Shown one piece after another: positions 9,521 to 18,204 of a stretch of 64,000 nt of DNA. The position numbers and the translations under genes were made by a program. Every line of letters begins with the position of its first letter. Positions within the stretch are counted from its first letter, which is position 1. This DNA comes from a virus (lineage: Duplodnaviria; Caudoviricetes), in the IMG/VR virus record IMGVR_UViG_3300037483_000425, positions 12,686-76,685 of that record. The stretch is one strand, 5' to 3'. A model generated the notes under the pieces. That model worked only from the letters and a program-made list of their open reading frames with translations. It had not been told where the DNA came from and did no database searches.

Positions 9521-9969
9521 AAAATCTCCGATAAAAATGTTTGTATTCTTTCTCTTAATTCAGGATGTGCAGGATTCCCCCATCGATCATACCCAATAAC
9601 ATTACAGATAACAATTTTGTCCTTATTGTTGTTAATTGATTCTTGCAATTTCTCAACAAATTCAGATGGAATATTATCTCTTTTGGTAAAAAGATCTGTA
9701 TTAAGAAATAATTCTTCCAGATTTGGACGATTACAAACTATTGTTAAATCTGAATCTTCAATTTGGCGAGAGATAACACTAGGATGCCACCGCATAAAAC
9801 CTGTTGCATATACATTTTTATATCCCAGTGCACTCAAATGCATTGCCATGCTAACACTTCTAACCTGACCATAATTGCAAAGTGTTAAAAGTTTTATTTC
9901 TTCTTTTTGCTTATTTGGCAGATCTGACACCAATAGTTTGTCTCTATATTCCATATCTAATTTACTCAT
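9517..9969 (-). CDS. Low-molecular-weight protein tyrosine phosphatase-like protein
   Basis: LCNYGQVRS = CX5RS P-loop near the N-terminus. Confidence 0.65.
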   Translation of the reverse strand: MSKLDMEYRDKLLVSDLPNKQKEEIKLLTLCNYGQVRSVSMAMHLSALGYKNVYATGFMRWHPSVISRQIEDSDLTIVCNRPNLEELFLNTDLFTKRDNIPSEFVEKLQESINNNKDKIVICNVIGYDRWGNPAHPELRERIQTFLSEIL

Positions 9970-10147
9970 TTATAGCCTCCCAATTGCCACCCACATTAAA
10001 AGAAAATGTTATGTAATCTATCTTTTTGTGGACATAAACCGTCCCAGAAAACCTATTATTTAGTACATCATCTAATTTGGGTCCATTCATTTTAATGGAA
10101 AAAGATAAAGAATCTCTGATTTCTTGAGAGATATTATTAAGTTTCAT
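9962..10147 (-). CDS. Small protein resembling the tail-sheath C-terminal strand
   Basis: NRFSGTVYVHKKIDYITFSFNV aligns with sheath end NRLNGRIVIVPTRTIEFVAIDFVI; MKLNNI tag. Confidence 0.6.
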   Translation of the reverse strand: MKLNNISQEIRDSLSFSIKMNGPKLDDVLNNRFSGTVYVHKKIDYITFSFNVGGNWEAINE

Positions 10148-10722
10148 TTTGTTTCTCCATAAGCAAAATGATGTCGATCAACATGATTTTGCTTAATATT
10201 TGCGCTTACATATTCAAGGTTTGGCATGACTCGATAAATAAGTTCCCACAACCCTTTGTCTGGATATTCTTCTTTAAGTTTGCTTATGTCGTCCGAGCCG
10301 GGTGGTCCCGTTACCATCATTTCAATAATTAATGAAGCTTTATCACAAACTTTGACCATTTGTTTTGTAATTCCGTCTGGCGGTTCCACCCCTAAAAATG
10401 ACCAAATTTTGCTGTCCAAAGCATCTTCAAGACTATGAATGGCATTTCTAACTTCTGGTGTATGATTTTTAATTGGGGAAGGAATGTCTCCAGTATAAGC
10501 TTCATGAAAATCATGCCCCAATGCGTAAACCATCTTATCCAAAGGAAATCCCGCAACCATCCAAATGATTGCTACAAGAACGCTATGATGTAAAACAGAA
10601 AACTCATTGTCTCCGTTATTGCCAAAGCGTTTGTAACGTCCAAGAAGAACTACAATGTCCAATGGGCAAACAAGCCCATGTTCCCCCGATAATGGGGACA
10701 ATTGTCCGGTCCATGTTCTCAT
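10144..10722 (-). CDS. HD-domain 5'-deoxynucleotidase-like (YfbR-type) hydrolase
   Basis: SVLHHS, LGHDFHEAYTGDIPSPIK and VKVCDK motifs. Confidence 0.8.
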   Translation of the reverse strand: MRTWTGQLSPLSGEHGLVCPLDIVVLLGRYKRFGNNGDNEFSVLHHSVLVAIIWMVAGFPLDKMVYALGHDFHEAYTGDIPSPIKNHTPEVRNAIHSLEDALDSKIWSFLGVEPPDGITKQMVKVCDKASLIIEMMVTGPPGSDDISKLKEEYPDKGLWELIYRVMPNLEYVSANIKQNHVDRHHFAYGETK

Positions 10723-11411
10723 ACTATCACCTTAATATTCGCCTTCTCAAAATGCGCAGTCGCATTCTCACTCAATGGAAACCTATAACAAATCGGGAAT
10801 AGAGCGCTTATTCCAATATCTTCATTAGTGGTTTTGGAGATAACCTTTTCTTCATTGCCAACTCTCATTACCGACTTTATCTCTATTGAAAAATCTTCCA
10901 TATCATCGTAATATCGAATTGCAGCACATACTGGACCTTCGAAAACTTCGCATATTGTTAGCTGTTTTGATCCCAAAAGCATAACAACATTTGACCTTCG
11001 ATGAAGATTGCCAAGAGTTACAACTCCCATATATCTTCTAATGCGATCTCCCCTTTCGTTATATTCCGACCATCCAGCATATTTGATGTGCTTATGAGAA
11101 TTGGGAGAAAATTTCCATCTTCCCGACCTTCCTATCTCATATTGCTCAGTTGTTATAGAATAGAAAGGGAAATAAAACCTACAAAGACCATCATCTATGC
11201 GCCACAACTCTTTTGCATATGAATATAAAGCTTGAAAAGTCATGTCAGATTTGACATCAATAATCTTTCTGTCTGTATCAAAAGTAACATCATAATTTGT
11301 AATCAAATTTGGATCTTTAATGATTTTCAAATCTTGAACAGAGATAAGCTCTCCATACTTTTTCCAATAAGCATCAAAACAAACACTTGAACAAATATTA
11401 TTCAGTTTCAT
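10719..11411 (-). CDS. Hypothetical protein with MKLNNI tag
   Basis: 230 aa; coupled to neighbours. Confidence 0.7.
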   Translation of the reverse strand: MKLNNICSSVCFDAYWKKYGELISVQDLKIIKDPNLITNYDVTFDTDRKIIDVKSDMTFQALYSYAKELWRIDDGLCRFYFPFYSITTEQYEIGRSGRWKFSPNSHKHIKYAGWSEYNERGDRIRRYMGVVTLGNLHRRSNVVMLLGSKQLTICEVFEGPVCAAIRYYDDMEDFSIEIKSVMRVGNEEKVISKTTNEDIGISALFPICYRFPLSENATAHFEKANIKVIV

Positions 11412-11601
11412 TCTTCTTTTCCTCTTTTAATTTGTCAATTTCTGCTTGAAGAGCAGAACATCTCATGTCAACATAATACTCAATCGCCTCGCAAAGCTCT
11501 CCGATCGCGCTATTCACTGCAATTCTCTTTGTCCAAGACAAAAGATCCAAAAGCTTAAGCGTCTTTGGGGCTTTCTGTTTTAAAACTTGATCTAATTTCA
11601 T
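11398..11601 (-). CDS. Small hypothetical protein with MKLDQV tag
   Basis: Start reassigned to ATG 11601 (GAGG SD upstream). Confidence 0.65.
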   Translation of the reverse strand: MKLDQVLKQKAPKTLKLLDLLSWTKRIAVNSAIGELCEAIEYYVDMRCSALQAEIDKLKEEKKNETE

Positions 11602-11609
11602 ATTTCCTC

Positions 11610-12629
11610 TCAGAATAGTTTCTCTTTCCATGTTTTGGGAATATTGTCCTTGTTGTCGATTTCTAACTGAACATGATAATCAAATGACATAGCGCCTCGA
11701 TTGCGAATATAATTAACAATAGATTTGATTCCTTCTTCTAAAGTAATGGTTGGCTTAAATCCAAACTTTTCACGAATCTTATTGGATGAACAAATAGGTC
11801 TTTTTACTTCGAATGGCCTATACGGAACAATCTCAGGTTCTACGTTTGATCCCATAATATTAATAACAAGATAAGCCAAGTCTAAAAGAGAGATTTCCCT
11901 ATCATCGGGTCCGATGTTGAAGATTTCTCCATTCTCTCTCAGATCATAGTCTAACAGCTTGATGAATAAATTTACATCATCCTGGATCATCGAAAAGCAT
12001 CGCGTTTGACCCCCTCCATAGACAACAGGACTTCTTCCTTGCAATATAAGATTAACCCATATTGATATAACATTTCTAAACGGATCTGTATATCGTTGCC
12101 TGGGACCTATCACGTTGTGTGGAACCGTGTGAATGACTTCCAGGCCATGCAGTTTTGCTAATAGGTTTAACTGGTCTTCTGCTGCCACTTTCGCCAAGGC
12201 ATATGGGTCAACCGGACATGTCCGCATATCTTCTGTGAATGGAGATTCCTGATCTCCATATCGGCTCATGGAAGAGCAGTTTATAAAACGTTTAACGCCA
12301 GCCTTGATGGCGGCAGTAGCAACGTTGACTGTTCCTGTGAAAACGCTATTAGAGATACTCGCGGGAGCAAAAACACTATATCCTTCATGCGCCAAAGCTG
12401 CGGTGTGATAAACAACATCGCAACCCATCATTTCTTGTGCCATCGTCTCTACTTCATCGATATCAGTTATATCCAACGTCAACAAACTATGATTTGGATG
12501 CTGAATGACGGAATCAGGATATCCTCCAATGAAATTTTCAAAAGAAACAACCTTGTGTCCTTGTTCTAGAAGTTTTTCAGAAATCCATGAGCCAATCAAT
12601 CCTGCTGGACCAGTAAGTGCAATTTTCAT
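11610..12629 (-). CDS. NAD-dependent sugar-nucleotide epimerase/dehydratase
   Basis: TGPAGLIGS, CSSMSRYG, YALAK, HNVIGP. Confidence 0.9.
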   Translation of the reverse strand: MKIALTGPAGLIGSWISEKLLEQGHKVVSFENFIGGYPDSVIQHPNHSLLTLDITDIDEVETMAQEMMGCDVVYHTAALAHEGYSVFAPASISNSVFTGTVNVATAAIKAGVKRFINCSSMSRYGDQESPFTEDMRTCPVDPYALAKVAAEDQLNLLAKLHGLEVIHTVPHNVIGPRQRYTDPFRNVISIWVNLILQGRSPVVYGGGQTRCFSMIQDDVNLFIKLLDYDLRENGEIFNIGPDDREISLLDLAYLVINIMGSNVEPEIVPYRPFEVKRPICSSNKIREKFGFKPTITLEEGIKSIVNYIRNRGAMSFDYHVQLEIDNKDNIPKTWKEKLF

Positions 12630-12636
12630 AAGAATA

Positions 12637-12861
12637 TTATATATTATCTATCTTTTCAAGATAGCAATCATGTAAAATGACCTTTTCTCTTCCCACTAAA
12701 ACAACCGAATTTTGGTGGCTAGGATAAACTTTTGTTTTTGCTATCACCAATCCGATCCTTCCCTCCAATCCCCTTTTCAAATCAGGCACTTGCGGATACC
12801 TTTGTCCAGGAGTTATCTTTTTTACTCTAACGATGCAAGGAGGTTCAAACTTATAAGACAC
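12637..12861 (-). CDS. Small beta-rich (KOW/SH3-like) hypothetical protein
   Basis: 74 aa; GTG immediately after the dnaE stop; GRIGLVI pattern. Confidence 0.55.
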   Translation of the reverse strand: MSYKFEPPCIVRVKKITPGQRYPQVPDLKRGLEGRIGLVIAKTKVYPSHQNSVVLVGREKVILHDCYLEKIDNI

Positions 12862-15800
12862 TTATGTAGGTATTTCCATGACCTCAGAAATTTTGGCAGA
12901 ATATCCTCTTTCATTAGAATTTACATATCCTAAGTAGCCTTTCAATTTGTCCATATTTGAATCATCCGTCCAATCCCACAAGCATACTCTTTCCTGTTTA
13001 CCTGATATTCCGCTTACAGTCATAATCAAAAAGGGCTTCCCATACTGTGTCTTTTTTACAATATAGTCCTCAAGAATAAACCATACTAACGCAGCCGGCG
13101 CATTCTCAGGGAATTCATTAATTGAAACATATCCCTTTTCTCTCAATTTGTTCTGCGCTTTCTTGGAAAGAATCAAATCTAAATCCATTTCTCCCATAAG
13201 CTCTTTGTAAATGGATAGCTTCTCTTGAATGCTCCAGTCTGAAGAATCTGTTTCAGCAGCTAAATTATCAAGCTTCTCACATTGCGTATCCCAATTATCT
13301 TTCTTAAGCCTCTTCTTCAAAAGCATCCAATTATCAATAATGGTTCGAAACATATGAGCATAATTGGAAAATAACTTTCCATCTCCAACGCAATTAAGGC
13401 TATCAAATGCTCCAATCTTAAGCAAAGCGGAAACATTCCTTTTATTGCACTTGCTGTGCTTAAAATTCCCTTCATCGTCCCATAAAAAGTCATAGATTGA
13501 TGAATACGGTCTTTTTGACTCAATCTCTGCAACCGCTGTTTTCCCTGCGCCTTTACACGAGATAAAGGAAGGCATGAACTTTTTGGAATTATCAACAACG
13601 GTCCAGTGATCCGTTGCCTTATTAATATCAATATTTGCAATATCATATCCAAAACCTTTTAGCTCAGATATGGCTTTCGCTTTTTCGTCCGGATTTCCGA
13701 GCTGAGTTTCAACATAAGCACAGAGCCATTCCGGCTCATAATAAGTCAAAAGCCATGCGCAGAGATAAGAGTTAATGGCATAAGAAACGGCGTGAGAATT
13801 GCTAACGCTAATTCCATTTGCATAAAAAGAGTGATCAGGATGATCAACTTCCAGATCATAAGTTTCTCCATGCCCAATAGTCTCAACTTTTTGAATTTTG
13901 TCGTATAAGGCATCAGATATAACTATACTCATGCCATTGTTTATGATGGCTTTTAGCGGGACCATACCATTTTTTGTTTGGATTTTATGATCCAAAGTAC
14001 AAATAAGAGTCTTCCCACTTTCTGTTGTTATTTTTACTAATTTCTTTTTTCCATTACAAATCCGATCTTTCACTTGAACCCACCCATTAATGCTATTTAC
14101 AAAATCTCCAATATTTACATCTTTAATTTTCGTATTTCCGATCCCTTTTACTTCAACAATTGTATTTTCCCACAAACACTTATTGAACGAATATTTTGCA
14201 AAAGACTTAATGTTTTCATACAAGGATTCTGCCAGACTTTTTGATATGCCATTATTTAAAGCCCCTTCAATAAATGCTTTTTCTAATTCAAGAGCTTTCA
14301 TGTATAAAGGCGTCCCAGGTTCTGGTTTTTTTGACACCACTTTTCTCAAAGTGTCACAATCGTCTAATGGTAATCCTCCAACCACATTGCCCAATTTCAT
14401 TGCTTGTTCCTGAAAAACAAGATAACCATAAGTTTCTTCCAAGACTTCCTTGATTAAAGGATGAGGGTATTTTATTTTGCTTGGGTCCTGTTTCGCTTTA
14501 GAATATTTCCGATGGACATGTGCCTCCATGGGGCCAGGACGATATACCGACGTAAGCGCGGCAATATCGATAATATTTCTCGGCTTGGCTTCCATAAAGA
14601 ATCTTTGCGTATCTCTTTGCGAACACTGAAAAATACCAGCAAAATTTCCTGCGCGGTAAACATGTTCGTACACATGTTGATCATCCAAATCAATAACATT
14701 TGGATGAAGATTAGAATCATACCATTTTTTAATGTCTTCAAATTCTGGATTTTTTATATTATGGTGACGCTCAAGAATAAGAGCAATGCACTGCTCAATA
14801 ATTTTCAATGTTTCTAAACCAAGAAGATCATACTTTACCCACCCCAGAGGCTCTAAATAATCTTTCGTCCAAGGTGTCTGTTTGACATTTTTAGACAAAA
14901 TTGTAGGCATTCTTTCAAAAATATTCTCTGAAAGAATAATCCCACCAGCATGCCTGCTAATTGCTTTTTGTTCTCCTGTCAATTCTAGAATATGCTCTCC
15001 AACATTAGGGTATTTCTCAATAAATTCTCTAAACCTCAAAGAATACTTCATCGCATTATCATAATCAATTGACACCTTTTCAAGATCGTCTTTTTTTGAC
15101 CCTGCAATTATCTCTTTGTCTACATTTTTAATCGCATTATTAGCTTCAACAAACTCAATTCCATAAAATTTAGCAAGATCCTTGGTCAAGCTCTTCAAAC
15201 TTAAAGAATTGATGTTTGAAATTGCGATTACATTTTCATCACCAAATTCTTTCATTAAGAGTTTTCTTAATAAGTCTCGATCAGAAAAGTCGCTGTCAAT
15301 ATCAGGAAGTTCGGACCTATCTTTGCTTAAAAATCTTGAAAAAAGCAAATCATATTTTAAAGGATCAATTCCTGTAATGTCAAGAACATAACATAATAAC
15401 GAAGCGCTAGCAGACCCTCTGCCGAATCCAACAAGCATATGCTTATGGGCAAGATCTGTAATCGCTTTCATTGTAAGAAAATACTTTGCAAAATCTTTCT
15501 CTTTAATGACTTGCAATTCTTCATTAAGTCGAACAATGTAATCAAGCTGATTGTCTAAACCTTTTGCTTCCAATCCTTCTTTCGCCATCTTCGCCAATGC
15601 TTGCATTGGCTTGAGACCCTCCGGAACCGTATACGAAGGTAACTTAACCTTTCTGTCAGGCTCAATGTCTTCAATCATATCATGCGCAATATCGTAAGAC
15701 CTTTCAATAGCTTCGCAAACAATATCGTCTTCATAAAAGTCATATTTGGGCTTATGCTCCAAATATTCATCCCACATTTGATCGGCATTCTTTGGATATA

Positions 15801-16788
15801 GTTCGCACTTTAATTCGTCAACAGAATTTGGCAACGGATCATCATCCCACGATCCCGGCCTCAAGCGTCTATAAAGCTCTCTAGCTTTCCACTTGTCCAT
15901 TCCTGGGTAGTGGCTATCCGCCGTTACAATTAGTTTAATCCCAGTTTTTTTGGCAGCTTGAGTTATCAGATAGTTAACGGCATGCTGCGGAGCCAACTTG
16001 TTGAATTGAAGTTCTAAAAAGAAGTTTTCTTCACCGACAGCTTCGACAAAATTGTCGATAACATTTTCAAAACGAGGAAGAATAATGTGTTCTCTTTTCT
16101 TGACTTCATCAACGGTAACGTCTTCCCACTCCAGGTCTTCACATGCCATAAACATTTCGTAAGCCAATGGACCGCCCAAGCACGCTGTTGTTGCAATAAG
16201 GTTTCCTTTTGCTTTCTTTTGGAGTTCGTGATAATCAATTCTTGGGAAATAATATTGTCCCTTTGTATAGCCAAAGGACACGAGGCTAAAGAGGGATTCG
16301 AGCCCTTCATTGTTTTTTGGCAAAATGACAACATGATGTCGCCTTCTAAGAGGGTTTCGCCTTTTAGATCTTGTTGCATTCTCGTCTTCAACTGTTATTG
16401 TCTTTAAATCATCATCATCTGATGTAATATTCTTTTTGTCTTTTTTTCGCTTTTCGTGCTCTTCTTTCTCTTTCTCCCAGTCTCCTAAATCTGGGTGTAG
16501 ATAAAACTCAACGCCCGGAACATATTTGAAATCTCTTCCCTCTTTTTTTAGCTTCTCATATGCCTTATAAGCTTCAGCAAAAGAATTAGCATGACCATGC
16601 TCTGTGATGGCCATCCCATTCATTCCGTTGTTTAAAACAAACTCGAAATGCTCATGGGGTTTGCCGAGTCCATCATAATTGGACGCCCCAGTATGAGCAT
16701 GTAATCCAAAGAATTTTTTTGGTTCTACCATAACTTTGTCAACAATATGGGTTGCTTGCGCCTGAATGCTTACCCATTTCAAAGGCAT
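12862..16788 (-). CDS. dnaE: DNA polymerase III alpha subunit (family C) with mini-intein
   Basis: PHP domain (HAHT..DG, ITEHG, ADSHY), GRGSA, PDIDSDF, RHAGG, FNK|SHA. Confidence 0.95.
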   Translation of the reverse strand: MPLKWVSIQAQATHIVDKVMVEPKKFFGLHAHTGASNYDGLGKPHEHFEFVLNNGMNGMAITEHGHANSFAEAYKAYEKLKKEGRDFKYVPGVEFYLHPDLGDWEKEKEEHEKRKKDKKNITSDDDDLKTITVEDENATRSKRRNPLRRRHHVVILPKNNEGLESLFSLVSFGYTKGQYYFPRIDYHELQKKAKGNLIATTACLGGPLAYEMFMACEDLEWEDVTVDEVKKREHIILPRFENVIDNFVEAVGEENFFLELQFNKLAPQHAVNYLITQAAKKTGIKLIVTADSHYPGMDKWKARELYRRLRPGSWDDDPLPNSVDELKCELYPKNADQMWDEYLEHKPKYDFYEDDIVCEAIERSYDIAHDMIEDIEPDRKVKLPSYTVPEGLKPMQALAKMAKEGLEAKGLDNQLDYIVRLNEELQVIKEKDFAKYFLTMKAITDLAHKHMLVGFGRGSASASLLCYVLDITGIDPLKYDLLFSRFLSKDRSELPDIDSDFSDRDLLRKLLMKEFGDENVIAISNINSLSLKSLTKDLAKFYGIEFVEANNAIKNVDKEIIAGSKKDDLEKVSIDYDNAMKYSLRFREFIEKYPNVGEHILELTGEQKAISRHAGGIILSENIFERMPTILSKNVKQTPWTKDYLEPLGWVKYDLLGLETLKIIEQCIALILERHHNIKNPEFEDIKKWYDSNLHPNVIDLDDQHVYEHVYRAGNFAGIFQCSQRDTQRFFMEAKPRNIIDIAALTSVYRPGPMEAHVHRKYSKAKQDPSKIKYPHPLIKEVLEETYGYLVFQEQAMKLGNVVGGLPLDDCDTLRKVVSKKPEPGTPLYMKALELEKAFIEGALNNGISKSLAESLYENIKSFAKYSFNKCLWENTIVEVKGIGNTKIKDVNIGDFVNSINGWVQVKDRICNGKKKLVKITTESGKTLICTLDHKIQTKNGMVPLKAIINNGMSIVISDALYDKIQKVETIGHGETYDLEVDHPDHSFYANGISVSNSHAVSYAINSYLCAWLLTYYEPEWLCAYVETQLGNPDEKAKAISELKGFGYDIANIDINKATDHWTVVDNSKKFMPSFISCKGAGKTAVAEIESKRPYSSIYDFLWDDEGNFKHSKCNKRNVSALLKIGAFDSLNCVGDGKLFSNYAHMFRTIIDNWMLLKKRLKKDNWDTQCEKLDNLAAETDSSDWSIQEKLSIYKELMGEMDLDLILSKKAQNKLREKGYVSINEFPENAPAALVWFILEDYIVKKTQYGKPFLIMTVSGISGKQERVCLWDWTDDSNMDKLKGYLGYVNSNERGYSAKISEVMEIPT
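13798..14178 (-). mobile_element. Mini-intein (127 aa, no endonuclease) in DnaE
   Basis: CLWENT...CTLDHKI (block B)...TYDLEV...GISVSN followed by Ser; inserted in FNK/SHA. Confidence 0.9.
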
Positions 16789-16954
16789 AAAGAAGCATTC
16801 TCACAATGTCGTCATAAATGACTTCTTTTGGATACCCCTTTCCTTGTTCAAGAAGAGCATCTTCAAACATTTTGTTTAGTTTTTTATCTTCATCATGAAG
16901 CCATTCCTCGGCACACCCGTAAACTTCAGCTTCTTCTATGTTTACATCATACAT
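16739..16954 (-). CDS. Small acidic hypothetical protein
   Basis: Likely start ATG 16954 (MYDVNIEE), directly after a structured element. Confidence 0.55.
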   Translation of the reverse strand: MYDVNIEEAEVYGCAEEWLHDEDKKLNKMFEDALLEQGKGYPKEVIYDDIVRMLLYAFEMGKHSGASNPYC

Positions 16955-16958
16955 AAAA

Positions 16959-17053
16959 TGGTGCTGGCCTCTCACCAGCCCGAGCTTATTATGGCGGCTT
17001 TGCCTCGTATTTCCTTCCGGTTTTGCGGGGACCGACTCGATACGTTGAACCCC
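16959..17053 (-). ncRNA. Candidate structured RNA of unknown class
   Basis: GC-rich intergenic block with GGGG/CCCC, CGTAT/ATACG and CGAG/CTCG complementarities and a GCTGG-TGAGAGG-CCAGC hairpin ending ACCA. Confidence 0.4.
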
Positions 17054-17054
17054 T

Positions 17055-17621
17055 CTACCCCATATGGCTTTTCAGCCTATCAAGCTCTTCACGAAGTTTA
17101 TCAATTTCTTTAGTTAAAGACACAACATAATTTACAATTGGTGGATTCATCTTCCTGTCTTCAAAAACAGTCAGATTAGACTCTCCAATATTAATTGTCA
17201 AGCTTTTTGTTGAATTTCTCTTTTCAGAAACATTACCAAAAACTTCATTATTCTTAATGGGATTTTTATTTTTTAGTTCTTCAACCAAAAAAACAGCCAC
17301 ACGAAGACCAAGAGCTTTCGCCTCACTTATCATGTGGCCAGTTCCACGCGACTTACCGTCCCAAATTGCGATTAATGCATCAGCATGTTTTGCCATCACA
17401 ACATTTCGTATAACGCCAGCTTTTTTCCCGTGCCGATCCCAATCTGCCGGATATTCCGCAACAGGGATATTATTTTGCATAGCCCAAAATGATCCCATAG
17501 AATCAACTCCTTTGGCCATGCCAGAAACAACTTCTGTTATATCCCAATCAATACGACTGATCGCCTCCCTTACAAGAGAATAGTCCGTAATGTTGCGACT
17601 TCCAGCAATAATGGTCTTCAT
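17055..17621 (-). CDS. SLOG-family protein (YspA/DUF2493-like)
   Basis: IIAGSR, VVSGMAKGVD, ADWDRHGKKAGVIRN, WDGKSRGT. Confidence 0.85.
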   Translation of the reverse strand: MKTIIAGSRNITDYSLVREAISRIDWDITEVVSGMAKGVDSMGSFWAMQNNIPVAEYPADWDRHGKKAGVIRNVVMAKHADALIAIWDGKSRGTGHMISEAKALGLRVAVFLVEELKNKNPIKNNEVFGNVSEKRNSTKSLTINIGESNLTVFEDRKMNPPIVNYVVSLTKEIDKLREELDRLKSHMG

Positions 17622-17893
17622 TGAACAAAACCTGTGTTTTTCTTTTGAGCTTCTTGCGCCATCGCTTCAGCTTCCGCAACCAATGTCTTGATTCTTGTTT
17701 CGTGCTCAACCATGTAATCTGAATCCAAATCAAGTTTAGGAAAATCAGATTTATCTTCTGTTTCGGTTAACCTCATCATTCTCATATGATCAACAATGTC
17801 AGAACCCGTGATCATAGCAAGCTGAACCAATTGCGCAATATGTGCGATAACATTATCTGAAAGTTTGTATTGTGTTTTCATATTTTTCTCCAT
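17618..17893 (-). CDS. Hypothetical protein
   Basis: 91 aa; TACAAT 6 nt before the ATG. Confidence 0.7.
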   Translation of the reverse strand: MEKNMKTQYKLSDNVIAHIAQLVQLAMITGSDIVDHMRMMRLTETEDKSDFPKLDLDSDYMVEHETRIKTLVAEAEAMAQEAQKKNTGFVQ

Positions 17894-18022
17894 GAATATA
17901 TTGTAATACCTAAAGCTTAAAAATTATAATTCTAATAAATAATCATTTCTACGATAATATCGTTGAGATTCATGCGATATCATATCAAAGAAAAAACTAG
18001 ATTTATCACATTTTTCAAATTT

Positions 18023-18196
18023 ATCGACGGTGTGCGCGAACGCCGCACCTTGGGCGACAGGACGTCTGTGAGGCCTGAGCGCATTTATGGGCTTATATAT
18101 GATCCTTAATGGGTTTCAAGGGGCTTTATATGATCCATTATTTTTACTGCTTGAACTCAGAGAAAGGCGCTGGATTCCGACCGCGCACGAGGCGAT
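18023..18196. other. GC-rich intergenic element (candidate ncRNA or replication origin)
   Basis: Terminal GTGCGCG/CGCGCAC complementarity; internal near-direct repeats GGGCTT(A/T)TATGATCC; AT-rich flank 17894-18022. Confidence 0.4.
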
Positions 18197-18204
18197 CGTA
18201 GGGG

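Noticed and set aside
6277-10722. Modified-base pathway (Z-genome or 7-deazaguanine) suggested by IMPDH plus HD hydrolase
   Set aside because: No PurZ, FolE, QueC/D/E or DpdA homolog is visible in the window.
11398-11601. Possible neck-protein (gp13) fragment, AIGELCEAIEYY
   Set aside because: Similarity to the in-window neck protein is too weak to claim.
17008-17022. CCGGAAGGAA identical to the SRP RNA helix-8 tip
   Set aside because: The flanking conserved CAGG/AGCA symmetric loop is missing; kept only as an unknown structured RNA.
18160-18185. CTGGATTCCGAC resembling the tmRNA 5' motif
   Set aside because: No GGGG start, no T-arm/CCA end and no tag ORF found.
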